64,000 nucleotides of DNA from Bacteroidaceae bacterium (lineage in GTDB: Bacteria; Bacteroidota; Bacteroidia; Bacteroidales; Bacteroidaceae): positions 3,879 to 67,878 of the forward strand of contig JAGCFN010000019.1 of NCBI GenBank assembly GCA_017650085.1, in the 5' to 3' direction. The notes beneath the pieces were generated by a model. That model was not told where the DNA came from, ran no database searches, and saw only the letters and a program-made list of their open reading frames with translations. Position numbers and translations under genes: made by a program. This document shows positions 28,330-36,254 of the stretch, piece by piece (position 1 is the first letter of the stretch; each line of letters starts with the position of its first letter).

Positions 28330-29058
28330 ATGCGCTTCTTCATCACTCTTTCATACGACGGAACCCGTTATCATGGCTGGCAGATTCAACCAAATGGCGA
28401 TAGTGTTCAGCAATGTATGCAGGAAGCACTCTCTACGCTCCTACGCAAACCTGTCGAAGTTGTTGGGGCAGGCCGAACTGATACCGGTGTTCATGCACGG
28501 ATGATGGTAGCGCATTTCGACTGGGAAGAGCCTTTGGATGGGAAACAATTGGCTTACAAACTCAACAAGTTGCTGCCCGGGGACATTGCAGTTCAGGAAG
28601 TTCGTCAGGTCGAGGACGATATGCATGCTCGCTTTTCTGCCACTTCGCGCACGTACCATTATTATATTCATACACGCAAAGACCCGTTCCTGCAGGCATA
28701 CAGTTGGCAGATTCCCTTTGCGCTTGACTTCGAGAAGATGAACGAAGCGGCAAAGGTTTTGCTTGAATATGAGGACTTTACGAGCTTCTCAAAGGTGAAC
28801 ACAGACACCAAGACAAATCTTTGCGACCTGAAGGAAGCCTATTGGGAAGAAGTGGCTGCGTGGCAATGGCGATTCACGATAACTGCCAACCGTTTCCTTC
28901 GCAATATGGTTCGAGCCATTGTGGGAACGCTTGTTGAAGTGGGTCGAGGAAGGACAAGCATTGAGGAAATGCGGCAAATCATCGAAGCGAAAGACCGTTG
29001 CCAAGCTGGCGAGAGTGTTCCCGGGAAAGCGCTCTTCCTGGTTGATATAAAGTATTGA
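28330..29058 (+). CDS. truA: tRNA pseudouridine(38-40) synthase
   Basis: [11 protein letters not shown] catalytic-Asp motif; 242 aa. Confidence 0.95.
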   Translation: MRFFITLSYDGTRYHGWQIQPNGDSVQQCMQEALSTLLRKPVEVVGAGRTDTGVHARMMVAHFDWEEPLDGKQLAYKLNKLLPGDIAVQEVRQVEDDMHARFSATSRTYHYYIHTRKDPFLQAYSWQIPFALDFEKMNEAAKVLLEYEDFTSFSKVNTDTKTNLCDLKEAYWEEVAAWQWRFTITANRFLRNMVRAIVGTLVEVGRGRTSIEEMRQIIEAKDRCQAGESVPGKALFLVDIKY

Positions 29059-29059
29059 A

Positions 29060-29929
29060 ATGTGGTTAGCCCTTGCCTTCGTTAGCGCGGCCCTGCTGGG
29101 CTTTTATGATGTCTGCAAGAAGTACTCGCTTCGGAACAATGCAGTCATTCCCATTCTCTTCCTCAACACGCTTTTCTGCTCAATTATCTTCTTGCCTTTA
29201 GCTTTCCAAACACCTTTCGGGGGATGGGAAATGCAACGCTACATCCTGCTGAAAGCATGCATTGTGCTGAGCAGTTGGTTGCTCGGCTATATCGGCATCA
29301 AGAATTTGCCAATCACGATTGTAGGTCCCATCAATGCCACACGACCTGTCATGGTACTTGTGGGTGCCTTGATTATCTTTGGCGAGAGGTTGAACCTTTG
29401 GCAATGGGCTGGTGTCCTGCTTGCCATTTTGAGTTTCTTCTTGTTGAGTCGAAGCGGTAAGAAGGAGGGCATTGACTTCAAGCACAATCGCTGGATTCTT
29501 TGTACCGTGGGAGCTGCCGTGCTTGGAGCGATAAGCGGACTTTACGACAAATACTTGATGGCGACAGAAAGCGGCTTAGGTTTGCCTCGCTTGACCGTTC
29601 AATGCTATTATAACTTCTACCAATGCATCATGATGGGTGCGATGCTCTTGTTGATTTGGTGGCCCAAAAGGAAGGAAAGCACGCCCTTCAAATGGCGTTG
29701 GAACATTTTGCTCATTAGCGTGTTTTTGAGCGTGGCCGACTACGTTTATTTCTATAGCCTTTCCTTGGACGGCGCCTTAATAAGTGTGGTGAGCATGGTT
29801 CGAAGGAGTAGCGTTTTAGTCAGCTTCATGCTTGGTGCCCTACTCTTTCACGAAAAGAATCTGCGGAGCAAAGCCGTCGACCTTGCCCTCGTCTTGTTGA
29901 GTATGATTCTGCTTTGGTTAGGGCAATAG
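29060..29929 (+). CDS. EamA/DMT family transporter
   Basis: 10-TM, two-EamA-repeat hydrophobic pattern; 289 aa. Confidence 0.85.
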   Translation: MWLALAFVSAALLGFYDVCKKYSLRNNAVIPILFLNTLFCSIIFLPLAFQTPFGGWEMQRYILLKACIVLSSWLLGYIGIKNLPITIVGPINATRPVMVLVGALIIFGERLNLWQWAGVLLAILSFFLLSRSGKKEGIDFKHNRWILCTVGAAVLGAISGLYDKYLMATESGLGLPRLTVQCYYNFYQCIMMGAMLLLIWWPKRKESTPFKWRWNILLISVFLSVADYVYFYSLSLDGALISVVSMVRRSSVLVSFMLGALLFHEKNLRSKAVDLALVLLSMILLWLGQ

Positions 29930-30508
29930 ACGACTTATGTCGTGAACTTTGCCTTCGACTTTTTGTCTCTGTTCACGAGTCAGTTCGCTTGTCTGCAGCT
30001 CGAAAGTGACAGTCTCGCTGTTTTCTGAAAGCGAGGCTTTGATGAGCGGCAAAGCTTGAAGAGCAAGACGGACGTCAATATCCACATCTTCGCTTAGGAA
30101 CTCATCTACGGAAGGACGCTCAACCGTTTGTGGCAACTCGTTCCAGGAAGTGTCAAAAAGGCGGATTTGACTGTCGGAAGCAGGGGCATTATAGGTCTGC
30201 ACCATGCAAAAAGTGCTGTCGTTGAGCAGTCGCATCTCGACGATACAATGTTTGGAAAGTTGCAGTTTGAGGTATCTTTCGCTCAGGATAAGCAGCTCCG
30301 AATGGTCCTCGAACTTGTTCTTCACATCAGCCTTCATATTGTTCTCGCGGAAGTCAATCTGGTCGAGGCGGTTGTTCTTGGTCAAAAGAGGGAAAATGCT
30401 GTCTGGAGCCTCGGCATAGATGTCGCGAATGCGAGTTTGGGCGTTCAATATTGAACATTGAACATTGAACATTGAAAGGATGAACAAGAAAAAAACCAAT
30501 CGCCTCAT
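29918..30508 (-). CDS. DUF3256-like secreted protein
   Basis: Signal peptide MRRLVFFLFILSMFNVQCSILNAQ. The block ..APDSIFPLLTKNNRLDQIDFRENNMKADVKNKF.. matches my recollection of the DUF3256 family. Confidence 0.7.
   Translation of the reverse strand: MRRLVFFLFILSMFNVQCSILNAQTRIRDIYAEAPDSIFPLLTKNNRLDQIDFRENNMKADVKNKFEDHSELLILSERYLKLQLSKHCIVEMRLLNDSTFCMVQTYNAPASDSQIRLFDTSWNELPQTVERPSVDEFLSEDVDIDVRLALQALPLIKASLSENSETVTFELQTSELTREQRQKVEGKVHDISRLLP
30450..30477. repeat. heptanucleotide repeat ATTGAAC x3 plus ATTGAAA inside the DUF3256 signal-peptide coding region
   Basis: attgaac attgaac attgaac attgaaa. It overlaps the 14-bp palindrome gttcaatattgaac (30443..30456). Confidence 0.9.
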
Positions 30509-30520
30509 AACTATAATACT

Positions 30521-31513
30521 CTACTTCAGTTTCCAGTCAGCAAGGTAGAAATGACTCTCCGCGGCATCCTCTATGTCATCTGGCAAGTTGCAGAAAAAGT
30601 CGATTCCCGTCCGACGTTCAAGTTCGTCGATGGAAATGGCATATTTGGAACTTACATCATCCGCATTCTCTTTGTGCTCCATCCAGAAGGCGATTGCATA
30701 GTAGCCGCCATTGGTCTTGGCATATTTCTTGGCAAAGGCGAGGATGGCCATATAGAAATACTTCGGGCAAACCAATCTGCCACCATTTATCATGGTATAG
30801 TTTCCCGCAGAAATGGTACCGCCTTTGACCACATAGAGCGTGTCGCGGAAAGTGGATTGGTCGTATGTGCTGCGAAGGAAGTTTTCCAGGTTCCACCAAA
30901 TGCCTTGCTCGTTGAATCCTCCCAGTTGCGGCTGAATATTGCTGAGGTAGAAGGTCTGGCCGTTCGCTTCTTTCGAGTTGAGACGGTCTGCGCTTCCCAT
31001 CAAATGACCTCGCTGATAACCGCTACCTGAATAGTCGCTATAATTGGTACGAATCGCTTCCGGGAGCACAGGATCGGGTTGGAAGGGGTCGCCTGTCCCA
31101 CCATAGCCGTTGAAAGTCTCGCCGTTCCTCCATCTGTTTCGGTTCCAGTTCTTGTTGTTCGACGAGAAGCCCGTATACCACTTGAATGCCGTCCAGCAGT
31201 TTGCCTTGAGCCGGGTGTTGTAGCCGACACAATAGTTCAAATTGCCATCAGGAAGCGAGTGGACGATGAAGGCATCGATTCCACCCGTCTTGAGGGAAGG
31301 AATCTCCATGCCGTGCATGGCGTCTGCCCTGAGAGAAGCTGGTGTCGTGGTTTCGGTATAGAGAGCCTGAGGCGCTACGGTATTCCTGTTGAAATTGGTT
31401 GTCTTGGGTTTCACATCCGAGTCGCCGCCGCAACCAACCAGAAGCAGGGAAACAACAAGAGATGCAGACAGCAAAATGCTTCTGCACCTCTTGTTATTTG
31501 TCCTTTTAACCAT
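30521..31513 (-). CDS. DNA/RNA non-specific endonuclease lipoprotein (NucA/Endonuclease_NS family)
   Basis: Lipobox LLLVGCGG; active-site context GYQRGHLMGSADR. Confidence 0.85.
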   Translation of the reverse strand: MVKRTNNKRCRSILLSASLVVSLLLVGCGGDSDVKPKTTNFNRNTVAPQALYTETTTPASLRADAMHGMEIPSLKTGGIDAFIVHSLPDGNLNYCVGYNTRLKANCWTAFKWYTGFSSNNKNWNRNRWRNGETFNGYGGTGDPFQPDPVLPEAIRTNYSDYSGSGYQRGHLMGSADRLNSKEANGQTFYLSNIQPQLGGFNEQGIWWNLENFLRSTYDQSTFRDTLYVVKGGTISAGNYTMINGGRLVCPKYFYMAILAFAKKYAKTNGGYYAIAFWMEHKENADDVSSKYAISIDELERRTGIDFFCNLPDDIEDAAESHFYLADWKLK

Positions 31514-31554
31514 AAAACTTCTCCCAATAGAGAGGAGGGAGTCAGAAAGGGTTC

Positions 31555-31806
31555 TTATTTCTTCATGCGAGCGTAACGGCTCATGAACTTATCTACGCGA
31601 CCAGCGGTGTCGACCAGTTTGCTCTTACCTGTGTAGAAGGGGTGAGAGGTGTTACTGATTTCGAGCTTGAACAGGGGATAAGTCTCGCCTTCGAACTCGA
31701 TGGTTTCGTTTGTCTTAGCGGTTGAGCGGCTCAAAAAGCAGTCGCCATTGCTCATGTCCTTGAATACTACGGGACGGTAGTTTTCGGGATGAAGTCCTTG
31801 TTTCAT
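31555..31806 (-). CDS. rpmE2: 50S ribosomal protein L31 type B (no CxxC zinc motif)
   Basis: [17 protein letters not shown]...[17 protein letters not shown]; 83 aa. Confidence 0.95.
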   Translation of the reverse strand: MKQGLHPENYRPVVFKDMSNGDCFLSRSTAKTNETIEFEGETYPLFKLEISNTSHPFYTGKSKLVDTAGRVDKFMSRYARMKK

Positions 31807-31914
31807 TTTCTTTTTTGTTCTTTATGTCCCCGTTCCTCTTCCAAACACCCTTGAGAGGCAGATAAGGGACTGATTAATACTATTTAGCGCATGTGCATTT
31901 TTCAAAATGCGCGG

Positions 31915-31922
31915 CAAAGGTA
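31915..31922 (-). promoter_or_regulatory. -7 box TACCTTTG for rpmE2 (about 100-nt leader)
   Basis: TAnnTTTG match on the minus strand. The palindrome gcatttt-tc-aaaatgc (31895..31910) overlaps the expected transcription start. Confidence 0.5.
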
Positions 31923-31963
31923 CGACTTTTTTCTCAATGCGCCAAATTTTTGCAGGAAAAAGT

Positions 31964-32749
31964 TTACTTTGCCCAGTCCATGATGAGCCGATAGGCAATG
32001 GAAGACGGGTCGGGAAGGTACGGAAGATTGTCCCGTTTGTACCAACCGCCGTCGCTGAGTTCCGCCTTTTGGAGTTCAATTTCGCCCGAGAGATAGTCTG
32101 CCGTGAAGCCCACCATCAAGCCGCTCGGATAAGGCCAAGGCTGCGAGGCGAAGTAACGGATGTTTGTGACGCGCAGTCGCGTTTCTTCCCAGACTTCCCT
32201 TTGCACACATTCTTCCAGCGTTTCGCCTGTCTCGACGAAGCCTGCCACAAGTCCGTAGTGCCTGTCCCTAAAGGTGTGGGCATGAACCATGAGTATCTCG
32301 TCGCCACGCGTCACACGGACGATAATGGCAGTTGCGAGGCTCGGCCAAAGTTCCTTGCCGCACTCACGGCATTGCTTGCTGATTTCCGTCTGCCAACGCA
32401 TCTCGCCGCCACAAACGCCACAGAACTTGCTATTCTGGTGGAAGTAAACCAGTTCGGCGCACTTTCCTGCAAGTTGATAATCCTCGGGCGAAAGGATGTG
32501 GAAGCTTTTGCGAAGCGGTACCATTTGCAGGTCGGGCCTATCCGTTACGGGATTCGAGAGAGAGGCAACAACGACCTGACCTCCCTGCAGTTCAGTTACC
32601 TTTTCCCACGGCTTCAACTCGATGGGAGGCGTGTCGCCACAAGGAATCGTTCCCTCTTTGGTGAGAAGGATATCGCCCTGGCAGAAGAAAAAGAAAGACC
32701 CCCTAACCCCATTAAGGGGGAATTTCTTCTTCTCAATCTCTTCTAACAT
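31964..32749 (-). CDS. nudC: NAD+ diphosphatase (NADH pyrophosphatase), Nudix family
   Basis: Zinc-ribbon cysteines CGVCGGEM..CRECGKEL. Nudix box GFVETGETLEECVQREVWEETRL. Start is the ATG at 32749 (a GTG lies at 32752). Confidence 0.85.
   Translation of the reverse strand: MLEEIEKKKFPLNGVRGSFFFFCQGDILLTKEGTIPCGDTPPIELKPWEKVTELQGGQVVVASLSNPVTDRPDLQMVPLRKSFHILSPEDYQLAGKCAELVYFHQNSKFCGVCGGEMRWQTEISKQCRECGKELWPSLATAIIVRVTRGDEILMVHAHTFRDRHYGLVAGFVETGETLEECVQREVWEETRLRVTNIRYFASQPWPYPSGLMVGFTADYLSGEIELQKAELSDGGWYKRDNLPYLPDPSSIAYRLIMDWAK
32697..32721. repeat. GC-rich hairpin element, inner copy (inside the first codons of nudC)
   Basis: gaccccctaaccccattaaggggga. It has the same block structure as the reverse complement of 32772..32796. 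Confidence 0.75.
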
Positions 32750-32771
32750 CACTGGACGTTGAAACTCTTAC

Positions 32772-32796
32772 TCCCCCTATAGGGGGACGGGGGGTC
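32772..32796. repeat. GC-rich hairpin element, outer copy (abuts the phosphoglucomutase stop codon)
   Basis: tccccctatagggggacggggggtc. It contains the perfect 16-bp palindrome tccccctataggggga. Confidence 0.75.
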
Positions 32797-34538
32797 TATA
32801 ATCTCATCGACTTCTTTATCTCCTCGACCTTTGCCTTTGCTTTCTCCACGCAAGCGCCGTAGCAGTTGGCACAGCCCATCGTGTCCTTGATTTCGAGGTA
32901 GAACTTAATCTTCGGCTCTGTACCGCTGGGACGAACGCTCACCTTCGTGCCGTCTTCGCAGAAGTACTGGAGCACATTGCTTGTAGCGGGCATGTCGAGA
33001 GGTGTTTCCTTGCCTTCGCCGTCGCGAGCCTTGAGCGTCTTGAAGTCCTTTGCCAGAACGACTTTGCTGCCTGCAATCTCGGTGATGGGGTTGTTGCGAT
33101 AGCCTTCCATCATGGCCTTGATTTCGTCGGCACCGCTCTTGCCTGGCTTAACGACGTTGATGGTGTGCTCGTAGCTGAAGCCGTATTCGAGGTAGATCTG
33201 CATCAGGAGGTCGTAGAGCGTCATGCCGTTGTCGCGAGCCCATGCTGCAATCTCGCAGATGAGACAAATGCTGGCTGGAGCGTCCTTGTCGCGAACCTTG
33301 TCGAAGGGCAGGAAGCCGAAGCTCTCCTCGCCGCCGCCGATGTATTTCTGCTTGCCTTCGCTGATGGCTATTTCGCGGGCAATCCACTTGAAACCAGTGT
33401 AGCAGTCGCGCAGCTCGATGTTGTTCTTCTGCGCCATCTTGGTGATGACTTCGGTCGAAACGATGGTCTTGACGAGGAAGTCGGTCGGTTTGAGTTGGCC
33501 GAGCGCAATCTTGTTCTTGATGATGTAGTAGCAGAACATCATGCAGGTCTGGTTGCCGTTGATGATGGTCCATTCGCCCTTGCTGTCGCGGCAAACGATA
33601 GCCAGGCGGTCGGCATCGGGGTCGGTTGCTACGACGAGGTCGGCATTGAGTTTCGTGCCAAGTTTCATGCCGAGCGTCATTGCCTCAGCATTCTCGGGAT
33701 TGGGACTGATGACAGTCGGGAAGTTGCCGTCCACAACCATCTGTTCGGGCACCACATGGATGTTCTGGAAGCCCCAGCTGCGCAGGCACAGAGGCACGAT
33801 GACGCGGCCCGTTCCGTGCATGGCGCTATAGACGATGTTGAGGTCTTTCTGGCGCAGGATGACGTCCTGGTCAATCATGGCTTCCTTCACGGCAGTCATG
33901 TAGTCGTAGTCCATCTCGCCACCGATAATCTCGATGAGGTCGGGGTTGCCCTGGAACTTCACGTCCTCTATTATGACCTTGTTCACCTCGTCGATGATGC
34001 CCGTATCGTGCGGAGAAATCACCTGAGCGCCGTCCTCCCAATAAGCCTTGTAGCCGTTGTACTCCTTCGGATTGTGGCTGGCCGTCACGTTCACACCGGC
34101 CTTTGCGCCAAGCTGACGAATGGCGAAGCTCACCTCGGGTGTGGGACGAAGGCTTTCGAAGAGATAAACCTTGATGCCGTTGGCCGAGAAGATGTTGGCA
34201 ACCGTTTCAGCGAACAGACGGCCATTGTTGCGGCAGTCGTGACCGACCACAACGCTGAGTCCCTGCTGTCCCGGGAAGGCTTTCAGGATGTAGTTTGCAA
34301 AGCCCTGAGTGGCCATACCGACGATATATTTGTTCATGCGGTTCGTGCCAGCGCCCATAATGCCGCGCAGACCGCCCGTTCCGAACTCCAAACTCTGATA
34401 GAAAGCATCCACCAGAGCTGTTTTGTCCTCATTTTGCAACATAGCGGAGATTTCCGCCTTCGTCTCAGCATCGTAATAGGGAGAATCGAGCCATGCCTGG
34501 GCCTTAGCTTCGCAATCTTTAATCAATTGTATGTCCAT
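32796..34538 (-). CDS. phosphoglucomutase / phospho-sugar mutase (alpha-D-phosphohexomutase family)
   Basis: Phosphoserine loop TASHNPKEYNGYK; 580 aa. A TAAATTTG box lies 32 nt upstream. Confidence 0.9.
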   Translation of the reverse strand: MDIQLIKDCEAKAQAWLDSPYYDAETKAEISAMLQNEDKTALVDAFYQSLEFGTGGLRGIMGAGTNRMNKYIVGMATQGFANYILKAFPGQQGLSVVVGHDCRNNGRLFAETVANIFSANGIKVYLFESLRPTPEVSFAIRQLGAKAGVNVTASHNPKEYNGYKAYWEDGAQVISPHDTGIIDEVNKVIIEDVKFQGNPDLIEIIGGEMDYDYMTAVKEAMIDQDVILRQKDLNIVYSAMHGTGRVIVPLCLRSWGFQNIHVVPEQMVVDGNFPTVISPNPENAEAMTLGMKLGTKLNADLVVATDPDADRLAIVCRDSKGEWTIINGNQTCMMFCYYIIKNKIALGQLKPTDFLVKTIVSTEVITKMAQKNNIELRDCYTGFKWIAREIAISEGKQKYIGGGEESFGFLPFDKVRDKDAPASICLICEIAAWARDNGMTLYDLLMQIYLEYGFSYEHTINVVKPGKSGADEIKAMMEGYRNNPITEIAGSKVVLAKDFKTLKARDGEGKETPLDMPATSNVLQYFCEDGTKVSVRPSGTEPKIKFYLEIKDTMGCANCYGACVEKAKAKVEEIKKSMRL

Positions 34539-34569
34539 AATTAATGTATTTGAAGTTGAAATTATGCTG

Positions 34570-34577
34570 CAAATTTA
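34570..34577 (-). promoter_or_regulatory. -7 box TAAATTTG for the phosphoglucomutase gene
   Basis: TAnnTTTG match 32 nt upstream of the ATG at 34538. Confidence 0.6.
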
Positions 34578-34793
34578 CGAAAAAGCAGGCAAAGGACAAA
34601 GAAAATGCCTGGATTTTTCATTAAGTTTTCAATCAGGCAGGGCTTCAACGATTTTGGCGAAGGGTCAAATTTTGCGATGAAATGGGCGTTTTTTGCAACT
34701 TCGGAGCATTTTTGCCGTGAGAGTTACGAAATGTTTGTGACAAAATGACAAATAATGCCAAATAATTTTCATCAGTTTCTTTCACATGGTAAC

Positions 34794-35004
34794 AGCGTAA
34801 AGCGTATCATTTACGCAAAATATGATACACCCCCTCAGGAATGAACCTCTATTATTATATAATATAATAATAGACCTCAAAATCCTATATGCGTATCACT
34901 TTTTTCGTATCGTTTACGCTTTACGCTACTATTTTCCTGGAAACGCCGTTCTGGAGGCGCTTTGGTAAAAACGTATCACGTATCATTTACGCGAAATATG
35001 ATAC
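34794..35004. repeat. nested palindrome module downstream of DUF4248 copy 2
   Basis: 13-bp arms agcgtaaagcgta (34794..34806) and tacgctttacgct (34915..34927). Central 27-bp palindrome tctattattatataatataataataga (34848..34874). The hairpin motif gtatcatttacgcRaaatatgatac occurs twice (34804..34828 and 34980..35004). Confidence 0.9.
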
Positions 35005-35006
35005 GC

Positions 35007-35198
35007 TTACGCCACTTTAGGGAAGTCAATTCCATACTCGCGGCAAATCCACTCCACGGCTCGGGGAGGCAGAAGCTGTTTTCTGGGACTGACTCCCAAT
35101 TCCATCAGTTTGTTTTTGTTACTGCTCAGCCATCGCTGAAAGGTTCTGTAATTCACACCGGCAGCATCGGCCAGTTCGTATTTGTATGCACTTTTCAT
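35007..35198 (-). CDS. DUF4248-like small helix-turn-helix protein (63 aa), copy 2
   Basis: MKSAYKYELADAAGVNYRTFQRWLSS..LPPRAVEWICREYGIDFPKVA; paralog of 1613..1804. Confidence 0.8.
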   Translation of the reverse strand: MKSAYKYELADAAGVNYRTFQRWLSSNKNKLMELGVSPRKQLLPPRAVEWICREYGIDFPKVA

Positions 35199-35222
35199 GG
35201 TATTTTTTTGTTTTTGACAACC

Positions 35223-35286
35223 GACTACAGACTACAGACTACAGATTTGTTCCTTGTCCGTTGACTGTTGTCCGTTGACTGTTGTC
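35223..35286. repeat. micro-repeats in the 5' leader of DUF4248 copy 2
   Basis: gactaca x3 (35223..35243) and ttgtccgttgactg x2.4 (35254..35286). This segment is absent from the copy 1 leader. Confidence 0.85.
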
Positions 35287-35298
35287 TTTTTTTGTTTA

Positions 35299-35306
35299 CA
35301 AAATTA
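35299..35306 (-). promoter_or_regulatory. -7 box TAATTTTG for DUF4248 copy 2
   Basis: Homologous position to 1821..1828 (context acgaaaaaat conserved). The leader is ~100 nt because of inserted micro-repeats. Confidence 0.5.
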
Positions 35307-35403
35307 CGAAAAAATCTTGACATTTGCAAGACTTTCTACAACTAATAATAGACAATAATAGACAACGTCAGACAAAGACAGACAACGCCCTCCAAGAATG
35401 TCG

Positions 35404-35411
35404 TACCTTTG
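35404..35411 (+). promoter_or_regulatory. orphan -7 box TACCTTTG directed into array F
   Basis: Same 15-mer atgtcgtacctttgt as at 1907..1921. Array F starts 5 nt downstream. No + strand CDS follows. Confidence 0.5.
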
Positions 35412-35415
35412 TATC

Positions 35416-35490
35416 GTAATTCAAAACAACACACGTGAAAGTAGGCAATTTCACACGTGAAGTTTGCGAATTACACACGTGACGATTCCC
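35416..35490. repeat. 22-bp tandem array F (about 3.5 units), paralogous to the first half of array A
   Basis: Units: gtaattcaaaacaacacac / gtgaaagtaggcaatttcacac / gtgaagtttgcgaattacacac / gtgacgattccc. About 90% identical (by eye) to 2014..2084. Confidence 0.9.
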
Positions 35491-35565
35491 TTCGCGGAAC
35501 ACCATATATGAATGGGGACACGCAGCGGCGCATCCCTATCCCAAACAAAATCTTTGAATTACTGA

Positions 35566-36129
35566 TTATCCTACGCTCTGGCAAAAAGCCTCGTACGACT
35601 GCTCCAGACGGGCTATCTGATAGGGCTGAAGACGAAGGGAGAATGTACCGGTCAACTCCTCCAGTCCGAAAGCGACCTTGATGATGCTGGCAAGGTTGAA
35701 ACTGGCTCCTGTGCCGCGTTTCATCAACTGGCGGGCTACCTTCAGAACCTCAACGCGGTCGTGCTCGATGTAACGCAAAGAACGCAACAACAGGAACAAA
35801 CATGGCAGGGTGTCCACACGGACCAGATAGACCATTTGCTCGCGGCCTTTCGGAATGCCCATCGCCGAGAAGAGTTCCTCCACCTGCTGGGGCTGGCCCA
35901 GTTCGGGCAAGATGAGCAACCCTACCTTCTGACGCTCCACCTCGTTGAAGCCCGACGCAAGACGCTTGAAACCCGCATCCGAAAGACTGGCCGAACCGTT
36001 CTTCAGCCGGACGAGAAAAGTCTTCATCAAGGTGATGAGATAGGCCTTGCTCTCGTAGCGCACCAAAGCCTCCGTCATCTGCCAGTAGAGGTCAATCGGG
36101 CAGTCGGCCAGAAGACGCTCTCCGAGCAT
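35566..36129 (-). CDS. hypothetical alpha-helical protein, last gene of the rhamnose operon (187 aa from ATG; 231 aa if TTG 36261 is used)
   Basis: Natural-looking Leu-rich composition (MLGERLLADCPIDLYWQMTEALVRYESKAY...). It is codirectional with and abuts rhaD. No motif recognised. The upstream part of track ORF 35566..37002 overlaps rhaD out of frame and is rejected. Confidence 0.5.
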   Translation of the reverse strand: MLGERLLADCPIDLYWQMTEALVRYESKAYLITLMKTFLVRLKNGSASLSDAGFKRLASGFNEVERQKVGLLILPELGQPQQVEELFSAMGIPKGREQMVYLVRVDTLPCLFLLLRSLRYIEHDRVEVLKVARQLMKRGTGASFNLASIIKVAFGLEELTGTFSLRLQPYQIARLEQSYEAFCQSVG

Positions 36130-36254
36130 ATAGCCCGCAGTCCGCTGCTCACTTCTGGAGAACGAAGAAAGCAGCCCGACAAGCCCCTCGGCATCGCCCT
36201 CTTTCAGGGGGGGGAGCAACTTCTGCTCGATGGTTTTGCTATAATGCTTTTCGG

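Noticed and set aside
1458-35490. The two same-orientation DUF4248 modules as boundaries of a 33-kb genomic island
   Set aside because: The intervening DNA is core metabolism and translation (asd, uxu/uxa, tldD/pmbA, truA, rpmE2, nudC, phosphoglucomutase). It has no integrase, mobilisation or conjugation genes and no obvious compositional break.
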